A DNA stretch of 64,000 nt from an uncultured Nitrososphaerales archaeon (GCA_963695855.1 CAVOHZ010000003.1:224001-288000), one strand, 5' to 3'; shown: positions 42,403-54,162, counted from the stretch's first letter. Notes: generated from the letters alone by a model not told the origin. Program-made: numbers and translations.

Positions 42403-42969
42403 TTACCTTAGATCACTTAGAGATGAGAAAGAATCTGAAGAGAACTTGTTTTTGGAATAAATAAAAAAATTTTTAACTTCTTTTTTGTAAAGATAATATA
42501 TTATTAAACTGTTTATTATGATAGTAAAGATATTTCCTCCAAAAATAGCTAAGCTATCATCAATTACATTTACCATGTTTAAAACAGCAGAGGCTATTAA
42601 AATTATCATTACATTGATCAATATTCCCATGACAGCTATGATAATTGTCATTTTACGAGCCCATGATCTTGCTCTTAGTAATCCATATGCTATAAAGAAA
42701 TGAATAAATGAAAACACTACAAGTAATATGCCTACAAAATAAAGAAAATAATCAAAATTTTCCATAACTGTTTCAAAATCTTCTCTAGAAAATGAGGTAT
42801 TCGAGTTTTGAGTATCAAAACCACCTAAAGTAGAATTCAGTAGATCTGTTCTTGAATTAAAATTTGATGAAATGACAAAACTTGATAAACCACTAAGAAG
42901 AAGAAATGATCCATTAATTATCATCAGTATTGCGATAATGGTAACACCTAACGGTCTTTTGACATGCAT
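42403..42969 (-). CDS. four-TM membrane protein
   Basis: RPLGVTIIAIL, GLL...SWA, IIYYL...V..FF pattern. Confidence 0.8.
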   Translation of the reverse strand: MHVKRPLGVTIIAILMIINGSFLLLSGLSSFVISSNFNSRTDLLNSTLGGFDTQNSNTSFSREDFETVMENFDYFLYFVGILLVVFSFIHFFIAYGLLRARSWARKMTIIIAVMGILINVMIILIASAVLNMVNVIDDSLAIFGGNIFTIIINSLIIYYLYKKEVKNFFIYSKNKFSSDSFSSLSDLR

Positions 42970-43032
42970 TTATCTTAAAATATTATTAACAGCCTAATAA
43001 GTATAAAAAAGTTCAAAAATCTAAAGAAAACA

Positions 43033-44631
43033 TCAAGAAACCATCGTCTGACTTTGTTCTCTCATAAATTGAGACAAATAATATCTTCCGCCAGTTCCCT
43101 TCCCCGAAGTCCCTGAATTCTTCCAGCCACCAAACGATTGTTGTCCGACCATGGCCCCGGTAGTAGCACCTTTTTCTCTATTAATATATACAACTCCAGA
43201 TTCGATCTTTCTTAAAAATACATCGACTTCATTCTTATTTTTTGAATATATCCCCGCGGTAAGTCCGTATTCAGAACTATTGGCTAGATCTATGGCTTGT
43301 TCAAAATTATTAAATTCGTTAATACACAAAATTGGTAAAAATAACTCTTTTTTGATAAGCATATTATTTTCAGATATTCCATCTACAATTGTAGGCTGTA
43401 CGTAATAACCATATTTTAGATCTCCTTCTTTAATTATTGACCCTCCATACAATATTTTTCCTTTTTTTGACGCATTTTTTATGTACCTCTTAAAATTTGA
43501 ATATGCTTCAGAATTAATTACTGGACCAATATCAGAATTCCTATCAACAGGATTTGACACCTGGATCTTTTCAACATGTTTTATTAACTTGTTAAGAAAT
43601 GCCTGTTTTACTTTTTTATGAACATAAACTCGCGAGCATGCACTACATTTTTGTCCTGAAAACGAAAAGGCTGCTTTAGCAATCCCGTTTACAGCTTTAT
43701 CTAAATCAGCACTTTCTGCAACAATAGATGGATTCTTTCCTCCAAGTTCTGCAATTATTGGACGGGATGCGATCTTTGATGATTCTTGAAGAATATGATT
43801 TCCGACATATTTGGAACCAGTAAATACAATTCCAGAAATCTTTTTATTGTCTATTATAAAATCACCAATTTCTCTTCCTTCTCCTGTTATAAAATTTAAA
43901 ACTCCCGGGGGCAATCCAGCGCTTAATAAGATTTCTACTATCTTGTACCCGATTATTGGAGTATTACTTGCTGGTTTGACTATCGCTGTATTTCCTGTAA
44001 TTATTGCACCAATAGTCATACCGACAAAAATAGCTGCTGGAAAATTAAAAGGAGAAATTATTCCCCAAACACCGTATGGTTTCATTACACTGATATTCTT
44101 TTCATTTTTTTTTGAAGCTAAATTTTTTGCTTTGAAACCATTATTCATTTTCATTTCAAAACAATAATAGTTTATGAAATCTATTGCCTCATCTACATCA
44201 GCAACTGCCTCATATCTATTCTTTCCATTTTCCAAAGTCAATAAGGCAGCCAATTCAAATTTCCTATGACTGATGTATGTAACTGCTTTCTTAAGAATCT
44301 CAATTCTTTCACGATAATCAACATTACTCCATTCTTCAAAAGATAAATATGAGGAATCAATAGCCTTATCGACTTCCACTGATGTTGTTCTTGATATATA
44401 TCCCAGAATCATCCTTGTGTCAACAGGAGACATGTGTTTATATTTCGACTTTGTAAATATTTTCTTGTTATCAATAATTATCGGAAAAACATTATTATCG
44501 CCAATTTCTTTTTTTATCATTTCAATGGCGTTATCAAATTTCTTGTGAAATTTATTTTCTTGGCCTTTGTAAAGAAAGGATTCATACGTTTGTTCATTGA
44601 CAAATTTCATACAATAGTATGTAATAGCCAA
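43033..44631 (-). CDS. aldehyde dehydrogenase, probably 1-pyrroline-5-carboxylate dehydrogenase (RocA-like)
   Basis: EAIDF..YY, ISPFNFP, FTGS, AELGGKN, FSGQKCSACSR, ELF.P, YGLT.G, Y.NR...TGA.VG.Q.FGG...SG. Confidence 0.88.
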   Translation of the reverse strand: MAITYYCMKFVNEQTYESFLYKGQENKFHKKFDNAIEMIKKEIGDNNVFPIIIDNKKIFTKSKYKHMSPVDTRMILGYISRTTSVEVDKAIDSSYLSFEEWSNVDYRERIEILKKAVTYISHRKFELAALLTLENGKNRYEAVADVDEAIDFINYYCFEMKMNNGFKAKNLASKKNEKNISVMKPYGVWGIISPFNFPAAIFVGMTIGAIITGNTAIVKPASNTPIIGYKIVEILLSAGLPPGVLNFITGEGREIGDFIIDNKKISGIVFTGSKYVGNHILQESSKIASRPIIAELGGKNPSIVAESADLDKAVNGIAKAAFSFSGQKCSACSRVYVHKKVKQAFLNKLIKHVEKIQVSNPVDRNSDIGPVINSEAYSNFKRYIKNASKKGKILYGGSIIKEGDLKYGYYVQPTIVDGISENNMLIKKELFLPILCINEFNNFEQAIDLANSSEYGLTAGIYSKNKNEVDVFLRKIESGVVYINREKGATTGAMVGQQSFGGWKNSGTSGKGTGGRYYLSQFMREQSQTMVS

Positions 44632-44700
44632 CTATTAAATAATTTAATAAATAAATAAACAATATTAACATAATAATAATATTTAATTATAATTATCTGA

Positions 44701-45918
44701 ATGAAAATGCAACATAAAGGGTCAGAATTAATTATTAGTAGGATTAAAAAACTTACCTACGATTCAACCTTTTTATATCCCCTGGTAATCAAAGGCGGAA
44801 AAGGATGTTTTCTGGAAGATATTGACGGAAAAAAATATTTAGATTTTGCCTCCAACATTGCTTCCTGTCCACTAGGATATGCACATCCAGAATTGACGAA
44901 TATTCTTAAAAAATATTTGAATGAAGGGGCTCACAAAATTGCTGGTCAGGATTTTTATTGTGAAGAACATCTAGAGATAGCTAAAAGATTAATTTCTATT
45001 TCTGGAAAGAATTTTAAAACTTTTCTTATTAATAGTGGAGCAGAGGCTGTTGAAAATGCTTTAAAGATAGCATATAGAAAAGCTGGACCACTTCCAGGAG
45101 TATGTTGCCTGAATAGTTTTCATGGCAGAACCCTGGGTGCACTTTCCTTTACAAACAGTAAAGAGGTACAAAAAATAAACTTCCCCGAATTCCCAGTGAA
45201 AAGAATAAAATTCTGTACTGTAGATGATGATTCAGAAATAAACCGGTTAGAACATCTATGTGAAGAAAATAAGATCGCCTTTGTAATTAGTGAAATAATC
45301 CAAGGTGAAGGTGGTATGAACGTTGCAAGTAGGAAATTCATAAACAATCTTTATGGTACAACTAGAAAATATCATGTGCCTTTAATTATCGATGAGGTTC
45401 AGACTGGTATTGGTAGGACAGGGAGATGGTGGGCATATGAACACTATGGTATTAAACCGGACATAGTAACAGTCGCTAAATCAATTCAGATAGGAGCTGT
45501 TCTATTTGATCGAATTTTAGAACCTAAACGTAAGGAAGTATTATCCAGTACTTGGGGTGGTGGAAGCAGAATAGATATGGCAATTGGTGCCAAAACTATA
45601 GAAATTATCCACAATGAAAGGCTACCTAAACACGCTGAGAAGATGGGTAGACTGATGATAAAGAGATTAGAAGAATTTATGGAAAAATTTGATTCAATTA
45701 CAGAAGTTAGAGGTTTAGGATTAATGATCGGTGTCGAATTTAAAAGTGCGAAGGAAAGAGATCGAATAATAATGAAATTATTTAAAGAAGGACTTTTAGT
45801 TCTACCGGCTGGACATAAAACTATTAGAATTTTACCACCGTTGATAATATCCAAAGAAGAGATAAATTTAGGATTAGAGCTGATTATAAAAGTTATTAAG
45901 GAAGGTACAAATAAATAA
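44701..45918 (+). CDS. class-III PLP aminotransferase (ornithine/4-aminobutyrate type)
   Basis: DIDG..YLDF, NSGAEAVENALK, FHGRT, E.IQGEGG, DEVQTG.GRTG, PDIVT.AK, STWGG, VRGLGL. Confidence 0.9.
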   Translation: MKMQHKGSELIISRIKKLTYDSTFLYPLVIKGGKGCFLEDIDGKKYLDFASNIASCPLGYAHPELTNILKKYLNEGAHKIAGQDFYCEEHLEIAKRLISISGKNFKTFLINSGAEAVENALKIAYRKAGPLPGVCCLNSFHGRTLGALSFTNSKEVQKINFPEFPVKRIKFCTVDDDSEINRLEHLCEENKIAFVISEIIQGEGGMNVASRKFINNLYGTTRKYHVPLIIDEVQTGIGRTGRWWAYEHYGIKPDIVTVAKSIQIGAVLFDRILEPKRKEVLSSTWGGGSRIDMAIGAKTIEIIHNERLPKHAEKMGRLMIKRLEEFMEKFDSITEVRGLGLMIGVEFKSAKERDRIIMKLFKEGLLVLPAGHKTIRILPPLIISKEEINLGLELIIKVIKEGTNK

Positions 45919-45943
45919 GGAATATTGAAAACAACAAAGCAAA

Positions 45944-46513
45944 CTAGGTTTTATTAATCCTTTCCTCGTGATATTCTATTGCTTTATACAACGCAACAAT
46001 CGATGCAGCATTTAATATTTTTCCTTCTCGCAAGAGTTGTTTGATTTTGTCTAAAGATAATGAATTTACCTCTATTTTTTCCATGACACCTAGTGATTGT
46101 TGATCTTTCTTTTGAATTCCGTATGCTACGAATATATAACCACGTTGATGAAACATAGAGTAATCCAGTGTATATTCACCTATTAACTTCAGTTCTGTCG
46201 CCACATATCCAGTTTCCTCTTTAAATTCTCTGACCGCGGCTTCTTTCGGTGTTTCACCAAGCTCTATATAACCTGAAGGAATTTCAATTTGAACCGAATC
46301 AACTAGATGTCTATAGCTCTTTATTATCAATATCTCTTCATTTGATATAAATGGAACAATGGTTGAATAATTTTTCCTAGTTCCTTGTATGTATATTTTT
46401 TTTATTCCGTTAATATTCAACTCGTCTTCATAAAGTGTAATATATTCACTTGAATATACCTGATTGTGAGAAACTAACTTCCAACTACTTGCTGTTTTTT
46501 CTAACACAAGCAA
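45944..46513 (-). CDS. NUDIX hydrolase (ADP-ribose pyrophosphatase-like)
   Basis: EIPSG.IE.GE.P.EAA.REF.EETG Nudix box. Confidence 0.92.
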   Translation of the reverse strand: MLVLEKTASSWKLVSHNQVYSSEYITLYEDELNINGIKKIYIQGTRKNYSTIVPFISNEEILIIKSYRHLVDSVQIEIPSGYIELGETPKEAAVREFKEETGYVATELKLIGEYTLDYSMFHQRGYIFVAYGIQKKDQQSLGVMEKIEVNSLSLDKIKQLLREGKILNAASIVALYKAIEYHEERINKT

Positions 46514-46611
46514 GGATAATGAATTCTTAATTATTTAATATTTTTTCTATCATTAACTTGTAAATAGAATTAGAGCATTATCAATAACAACTTTTTAAAA
46601 AAAGAAAAATA

Positions 46612-48797
46612 TTATTTGACTATTCTGAATGAATCTTTCATTAAATAACTATCCTTTGATACCACCTTCTCTGAATGATCTTTATGAGTACCATGAAACT
46701 CTCCTATTACCTCGTTTTTGGTAACGTTGAGCCCCAGAAATCCAAAACCGTAATCATACGTTTTTGCTATATACTTTGGAACATTCAGTTCATCAATATT
46801 ATATAGTCGATGACCTCCAGTTCCCACAGTAACAAAAATAGGATGTTTCGGATCCTTATATGTGGAATTAACCTCATAATCAATTAGTGTTCCGTTTTTA
46901 CCCTCAAAGGCAATTTGATGAATGTAATTACTGGAAGTCGAATTTGGAATCACTACCCAGGGTGAAATAGGGTTGTTGTAATTGAATTTCAGTGGAAGTG
47001 ATCTTTCATACCAATGATTATGTCCTGAAAATACTATATCAACATTATATTTATCAAATAAAGGGTGATAAAGAAATGTATTCTGAATATCTGGCGGATG
47101 TTTTCCTGAAGATGTGTAGAGAGGTTTATGAATTACCACGAAGATCCATTTTATGTTAGGATTTTTTGATGTATCCTCGAGGTCCTGTTGCACAAAATAG
47201 AACTGGGCAGACATTTTCGATGGCGCTAATGACGAATCCATCATTAGAAAATGTATATTTCCCTGATTGAAAGAATAAAATGGACGAGTCAAGTTAAAGT
47301 GTTTCATATATTCATACCTTATTTCCTTGGTTTCATCTTCTTCATTATCATGATTTCCAAGAGCTACTTTCAATTTTGATGAAATTGGTTTCGTTATGTT
47401 GTAAAAACATTCTCCGGTTTCCTCATATGAAAGATCACCAGGAGTAACAACTAGTTCCGAATGGGAACTTTCAATATAGTTTACCACTAATCTTGTATTG
47501 TTATTGCAACCCCAATCCCCTGTCACTGCTATGTCGTATTTCTTATCAAAAATATTATAGTCGATTTTACTTATTTCAGTAGTTGCGTTTGTTGTTGGCA
47601 GTACTGTTGTTGCTGTCGTGTTTGCTGCCGTACTAGTTGCGTTTGTTGTTGGCAGTACCGTTGTTGCTGTCGTGTTTGCTGCCGTACTAGTTGCGTTTGT
47701 TGTTGGCAGTACCGTTGTTGCTGTCGTGTTTGCTGCCGTACTAGTTGCGTTTGTTGTTGGCAGGTACTGTTGTTGCTGTCGTGTTTGCTGCCGTACTAGT
47801 TGCGTTTGTTGTTGGCAGTACTGTTGTTGCTGTCGTGTTTGCTGCCGTACTAGTTGCGTTTGTTGTTGGCAGGTACTGTTGTTGCTGTCGTGTTTGCTGC
47901 CGTACTAGTTGCGTTTGTTGTTGGCAGTACTGTTGTTGCTGTCGTGTTTGCTGCCGTACTAGTTGCGTTTGAAAGTTTATTGGATAACGAATATTTTGTT
48001 AAATCCAACAAATTTTCACCTTTAGTTCCTTCTTCATCTTTTATACCATCTAAATTAGAACTTTGGTCAGAGTCAGTTCCGTTACCTCCAAAATTCAAAT
48101 ATATTATTTGTCCATTGGAATCATACTTATTATGCTTATATATATCGTTAATCTCTTCATTTGTTAACCCTCGGGACCATACTCTTACTTCATCTATTTT
48201 TCCGTCAAAGAATTTGTCTTGATTCAAAGAATTGGCACCAATTCTTAGTGGTTGGTCACCATTAATATCAGGTTCCTCACTTATAATCAAAGAATTAATA
48301 TCTTTCCCGTCAACATTTGACAGTAAAACTGAGCCATCGTATCCCAGGATAACGAAATGCCATTTGCCATCATTATATTTTTCATCTGAAACTACTTGAA
48401 AATCATCACCAGATTCAGTCTCGAATCCGCCAGTTAAGGTACCCTCTGGTGAAAGCCATATCCCATAATTCATATTTTCCCCTTTATTATCACTATTGAA
48501 ACCACCTTTATTCACAATGTGGGCAGGATTATCAAAATCCGTTTGATCGGTATTAAACCAAGAAGATAAGGTAAATTCTTTTAGTAAAAGTTTATCCTCA
48601 TGATCAACATCATAAAATTCTCCTTCATCGGTATCAAATGATGGTCCAAATTTGTATAAATAATGGTTATCATCACCAATTTCAGATATAGTAATATTTT
48701 TTTGTTGAGCATATATAGTAATAAATAAAGATGAAAATAGGAATAAAGCCAATAAGTAATAATTAATTTTATTAAATATATCACTTGTATTAAACAT
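46612..48797 (-). CDS. secreted LamG + Thr-rich repeat linker + metallophosphoesterase, split by two +1 insertions in the repeat
   Basis: LamG in 47850-48797; GD, GD.SY, GNHD, GHNH.YER in 46612-47526; span 2186 nt minus 2 inserted G = 728 codons. Confidence 0.8.
47580..47971. repeat. 54-bp tandem repeat x7 plus partial (TNATSTAANTTATTVLPT); units 4 and 6 are 55 bp
   Basis: Units start 47580, 47634, 47688, 47742, 47797, 47851, 47906, 47960; CAGGTAC instead of CAGTAC in two units. Confidence 0.95.
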
Positions 48798-49068
48798 GAA
48801 CAGGTAAACTATTACTTGAATATACTAAATAAAAATATTGCTGCTATTCTCATACTTTAACTATATCGGCCTATTAAATATTATTTTAAGATAATACAAA
48901 AAAATGATTCCAAAAACATCATATAAAAACTTGACAGTATATTTTTATATAATTAACTTTCTAAAAAAGATCTAGAAAACAACTCAATTCAAATTTAATT
49001 TTACTAATATTAAAAAATAAAATGTGTTCTTTTTTTTACAGTTAAAATAAATAAATATTTTCTTCATC

Positions 49069-49831
49069 TTAAACTGTAGTATACTCTTTCAACAAAATCA
49101 TTATGTGTAATAAACTTCGTCCATAAATTAAGTCATATTTTTTGGTAGGCTTAGAATCTATTATTTCTGTAAGAGAAAATCCTGAATTAATCATTGAGAA
49201 GATATTCCTTCTAACGTCTTCCAACATGAAAAGATAATTCTTAATATCATTACTGTTTGAAATATTCCCATGTCCTGGAATAATTTCTGTTTTATCGTTA
49301 GGTAAAGGAATTACTCGTTTTACAGCATCAATTATACCCTCAATCGAACCATTACTTGAAATATCAATAAATGGATATCTATTATATACATGAACATCTC
49401 CCATATGTATTACATTTTTTTTGATAAAATGAATTATAGAATCTCCATCTCTATGCGTATTTGGTACGTGAAAAATATTTACTATTTCGTAGTTAATGTG
49501 AAGAGTAATCGTATCATTCATTGTAAGTAATTATAGGTAAATCTTCATTCGGATAAGGATCAATTTTCTTATCAAGAAATTTTATGAATTGTCTAGATGT
49601 TAAGCGTTCTCTTACTTTTTCTTGTGCCACTATTATAAACCCTAATTTTCCAAAGTTTATATTCCCATCTGTGTCATCAGGATGCCAATGTGTATTAACT
49701 ACAAATTTTTCAGAATCTTTTGTTAATTTTTTTAGGGAATATAAAATTTTATCAGTAAGTGAAGAAAACTGATCATCGATCAATAGACCACCATCCGATC
49801 CTAATAAAAGTCCAGCATAAAAATATGACAC
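49069..49831 (-). pseudogene. MBL-fold metallo-hydrolase (cyclase-like), frameshifted and 5'-eroded
   Basis: LLIDDQF, NTHWHPDDTDGN (HxHxDH altered), HRDGD, HMGD, IIPGHG; frameshift at CATT duplication near 49515-49522. Confidence 0.8.
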
Positions 49832-49899
49832 TGAAAAACCATATAAGTTTGTTTGATTGGATTTAGTTTTATTTTTTGTAACTTCCTGCCAAAAAATAA

Positions 49900-50394
49900 T
49901 TATTTTAGCTTATTTTTAAGGTTTAGTATTTCGGAGTTATGATTTTTGAAAATAAATTTCTTGTTGAAGATATAATTAATCAAAGAAGCTATTATTATAG
50001 CAAAAATGATTGTCCGACCATAATCCATTCCTACTGTTCCAAATCCATAGACTATTAATAATTGCAGAAGTATGCCTACAGAATTAAAAAGGAAATATTT
50101 TAGATATTGTTTTGTAATAATTTGAATTTCTATACTATTATCTTGAAATGTCCAAAATTTATTTAACAGAAAATTTGAAGATAGAGAAACTAAAATTCCA
50201 AATATACTTGAATAAAGGTGCGTAAATCCAAATACTGTAAACATGCAATATGAAATCAAATAATTAATTACCAGCCCAGTAGCTCCTACTAGATAAAATT
50301 TGAAAAACTCGTTTTTATGATCATATATTATTTTAGATAAATTGAATAAGAACCTGCTAGAAGATTTTTCCTTTAATTTTTTATGATTTTTCAA
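49900..50394 (-). CDS. GtrA-family membrane protein
   Basis: KF..VGA.G...N, NF.LNK.WTF, NY..NK.FIF. Confidence 0.88.
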   Translation of the reverse strand: MKNHKKLKEKSSSRFLFNLSKIIYDHKNEFFKFYLVGATGLVINYLISYCMFTVFGFTHLYSSIFGILVSLSSNFLLNKFWTFQDNSIEIQIITKQYLKYFLFNSVGILLQLLIVYGFGTVGMDYGRTIIFAIIIASLINYIFNKKFIFKNHNSEILNLKNKLK

Positions 50395-51060
50395 TTAAAA
50401 TATATTGTTTTTCATTTTGTAACATTTATACTTTTTCTAGATACTGCAGATTATCTATAATATATGGTGTCGTATTAGCTCATGTAACGTTGTACAGCAT
50501 TATTAGAATAAAAATTTTCACCGTAATTCAATAAATCCAAATTAAATATATATACTGGTAGCTTCTTTATCCCTATCACTCAGACTTTTTTTCGTTAACT
50601 GACAAAAATCTATAATGCATAGTTCATAAATAAGAATAATGATTTTGGTCTGTCTTGGATATCCAAGGTTATTATAACCTAGAATACAAAATTGTAATAA
50701 ATAGCGTGGAGAAATTTCTTTAATGTTGATACCATACTATGTTTAAAATGTTTTTGATTATCATAAGATTGCAATATCGTTGTAGTCAACCTCTTTTTTT
50801 AATTCAATTAAAATTTCTCAATAGAATTTGGTATTATTCACAAATTGAACCAAAAATAATACACAATGATTAACCTATATTTCTGATAATGCATCATAAG
50901 AGAAATTTGCAGGTATAGTCTGATTTCTATTATTTTTCTTGAACTATTTTATTCCATTTTTTTATTTCTTATAAATATTTGGATAAACCGCCTATAAATT
51001 TATAGTCTTTTCAAAAATAGTTTAATTTTAATATTAGTTTACATAAAATATCGTATAAGC

Positions 51061-51279
51061 ATGAAATTCTTCTCACTGAAGAAAAATAATTGTAACGATT
51101 GTAACGAGAAATTTAATAGCGAAGATGAGCTTGCGAGACACGTTAAAGAAGTTCATAAACACAATGTTAGGAAATGTCAAAAGTGTGGCAAAATATTTTT
51201 AAACGAGAAAGAAAGACTTCACCACATAAAAGAAGAAAAACAAAAAGAGATAGAGTACAGGAGACATAAACATTTGTAA
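51061..51279 (+). CDS. tandem C2H2 zinc-finger protein
   Basis: CNDCNEKF.SE.EL..H...VH and CQKCGK.F......HH. Confidence 0.85.
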   Translation: MKFFSLKKNNCNDCNEKFNSEDELARHVKEVHKHNVRKCQKCGKIFLNEKERLHHIKEEKQKEIEYRRHKHL

Positions 51280-51736
51280 TATTCTATCTAATTATCTTTT
51301 GCACAGAAAAATTGTTTAGTCTAAGAGTAGGAACTAAAGTTTTAAAACATAATTAAAATAATAAAATGAGTACAGGTAGCAGCAAGTTTAATTGAGGTTT
51401 TATTAGAAATAGCTTAGGGATAATTTCACACTAAGAAAAATACAAGGTAGAGAAAACTAAGTATTTAAAAATTGTTTGAAAGTAAATAGTACGGTCTAAT
51501 TGATTTTATAATAATGAACACTCATATATTTCCTTATGATTCATTGGTAAATCGATCTAAAAAATTACAAGTCGGAAAAGCAGATAGAAACAGAATTATT
51601 TAGATACAATATAGACTAATCACCCATAGTATTAAAGAAAGATAAATTAGTATCAAAAGAATTATTCTTAGGAGAGATTTTTATGTTATTCTCGATATAG
51701 AGTTAATTCATATTATCAAATCTCTATGTTAACCCT

Positions 51737-51979
51737 GTGAAAAAAATATTAATTACCGGTCCAAAAAAATTATTACATCAATTAGAAAATAAATTAAGAA
51801 GAAATTTTGAGATAGAATTATTTTTTGAGGATAACACTATTTGCAAAATAGAGGCTAAAAAAAATAATCAATTGATAGTAATTTGTAGTTTTTCGCCTGA
51901 TGAAAAAATCAATAATATTCTAACAATGTTTGAAGTTAATTATCAGATAAAAATCGGACAAAAACGATTGAGAATATAG
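51737..51979 (+). CDS. hypothetical protein
   Basis: 80-aa GTG ORF with protein-like pattern. Confidence 0.55.
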   Translation: MKKILITGPKKLLHQLENKLRRNFEIELFFEDNTICKIEAKKNNQLIVICSFSPDEKINNILTMFEVNYQIKIGQKRLRI

Positions 51980-52619
51980 AAAATTTTAGTATTGTTGACA
52001 ATTTCAATGAATTAGCTACTGAACAATATTTTTGGAAAATCATTTCTACTATAAATATTTAGATAGATTTTGACGTAATTCTTTCAGGAATAACTAAATC
52101 AAGGATAGTTTTTCACATATTATCAAACAAATTATAAAAACTTCATTTATTTTTTTCTTTGTTTACCTGAGAAAAGAGAATCTAACGTCGAACATTCTAT
52201 TACGAAACTTATGCTATTGAAATTTATCAAAAATATAATACCAAAGATTCTAATTATGTGTCGTTACTTAAATTTCGTTAGTCTCAGTTTCCGCAATACA
52301 GTAAAATATTATAACCCTATAAAGAAAGTGAGAGGTATTATATTTGGTATAAATCTATGCTAAAAGTTGTAAAAATCTTATATCTTTTGAATGAAAAAAA
52401 TTTCTCCTTTAAGCATACACAAATCAATAATCTATACAAATCATAATTTTCAAGTAAAGAACTATTGACCTTTATTAAACCAATTCATAATAGGTACTGT
52501 GTGACTAAATGTTAGGAACGCCAAACACGTTATAAGAACAATTTTATTCCTTCTCTTCTCCAAGACAGAGGAAATATATTGTAAAGATCTTAAATCATAC
52601 CATAAGCAGCATTTTTTTA

Positions 52620-53343
52620 GGCTGTATTAATTTAAGTTAATATTCACCTCCTTTAACCAAAAATAATTCTTATTATTTGCTATAGTATCATTATACATCA
52701 AAACAAAGAATTGTATCCAGTTATGTACATGAAATAAATTACATTCCCCTTTTTGCCTACAAGGATAGTAGTCATCAAAACTTTCTATTCTGTCTTTCAA
52801 ATACTGATTGACTCTTTCCATCAAACTTTTCTGAAATGGTGAGTGTAGATAATGTTTTAATTAAATTATGTTACATGCTTTATCATACCATGTACCACCA
52901 TTATCTGTATACACGAAATGTTTTCCATATTTTGATACAAGAGATCCAATGAACTTTTCAGCAACTATCATGTTTCTCTCTTCTGTGAGAAGGATTCCAA
53001 GCACAGAACTGTGGACTGGTTCAATACAAAACTATAACCAGAAGTGCTGGTTAGCAATCTTAATAATGGTCTCATCTATAATAAAAGCAGTTACTCTTTT
53101 TCTTTTATAGATGTGGCAGGATCCAGATCTCTGAATCCAATTCCAAACAGAAACATAGCTTCTCTTCTGATCTCTAAATATAGTTAATTCTTTAGAAGTA
53201 TTTCTTAAACTTAAACCAAGAAAGTATAGATAAAGTGAATACATTACAATAAAAGAAGATGTTTTATTTCTTTCAAATTTGATTTTCATGGTATATTTAG
53301 AAGATTCTCAGCTATATCTTTTGCTGCTTATCTGCACAGAGCC
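52620..53343 (-). mobile_element. decayed IS6-family element (transposase pseudogene 52627-53289)
   Basis: ORFs 53032-53289 and 52627-52824 are clear homologues of the 31302 transposase, broken by a TAG and a frameshift; ends GGCTGTATTAATTTAAG and CTTATCTGCACAGAGCC. Confidence 0.9.
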
Positions 53344-53655
53344 TTTTCAGCTAAAAAAGACCTTTAGTGGTCCTCACTGTGGTACATGGTATCTACAAGC
53401 CTGTATGGTTCGCACCTAAAACAAAAATTGTGGCGGCATTTTGAAATGTACTTCGAAAACGAGAAAAATGCAAAATTTCAAAGATAGAATCCAGTTCTGA
53501 TAATCAGGATTTTCTAGAGAAAAAAGAGAAGAATTGATATATATATTTTACAGATTAACTGCAGGATTAAACTGTTTACCTATTAATACATTTTAAGTTA
53601 AATTATATACATACGTCCACTAAAGCAGTCGATTTGTTTAATAATAGAACTTTCG

Positions 53656-54162
53656 TCACAATTTACACAATGAACTTTGTAAAATCTCTATTTGTTGGTG
53701 AATTTTGTTTGCATGGTTCGATTTCAAAATATTTATCTTTTCATACAATGCAAGATCGGATATAAACTTAGGAATTATATTTTCACAGATGACATTATTA
53801 TTATCTGAATCATCATCGTTTAAAATAAGTTCAGCGCTATTCAAATGTCCAAGTAATATCCTTTTAATAGTATCTGCACTATTATGCATCATTTTCATAT
53901 TTAATATATAATCACTTATCTGTTTGATAATTACATTTGGATCCATTTTTAGTTCCATTATTCCTTTATCATTTTTTGAAAAACTTAAACCACTCGCTAT
54001 AAATTCTGAAGTTTTTTCTTCCTTTAATTCGCCCAAATAATGAGTTACTGAAAAATATTTTTGCTGTGAGTCTTGATCCGCCTGCGTTGAAGGTTTTGGA
54101 AAAGAAGATACAAAGCTAAATATAATAATAACTATTAGGCAAATTATGAAGCTCTTGTTCAA
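53656..54162 (-). CDS. secreted hypothetical protein with helical C-terminal domain
   Basis: Signal peptide; 168-aa ORF. Confidence 0.65.
   Translation of the reverse strand: MNKSFIICLIVIIIFSFVSSFPKPSTQADQDSQQKYFSVTHYLGELKEEKTSEFIASGLSFSKNDKGIMELKMDPNVIIKQISDYILNMKMMHNSADTIKRILLGHLNSAELILNDDDSDNNNVICENIIPKFISDLALYEKINILKSNHANKIHQQIEILQSSLCKL

Noticed and set aside
47580-47971. 54-bp repeats as CRISPR, or as Cys-rich / hydrophobic + strand ORFs (47618-47908, 47745-47972, 47854-48222)
   Set aside because: Head-to-tail units without spacers; they encode the Thr-rich linker of the minus-strand gene, and the + strand ORFs are shadows
52612-53351. Target-site duplication around the second IS6
   Set aside because: Flanks (TTTTTTTA vs TTTTCAGC) match only as low-complexity T-runs
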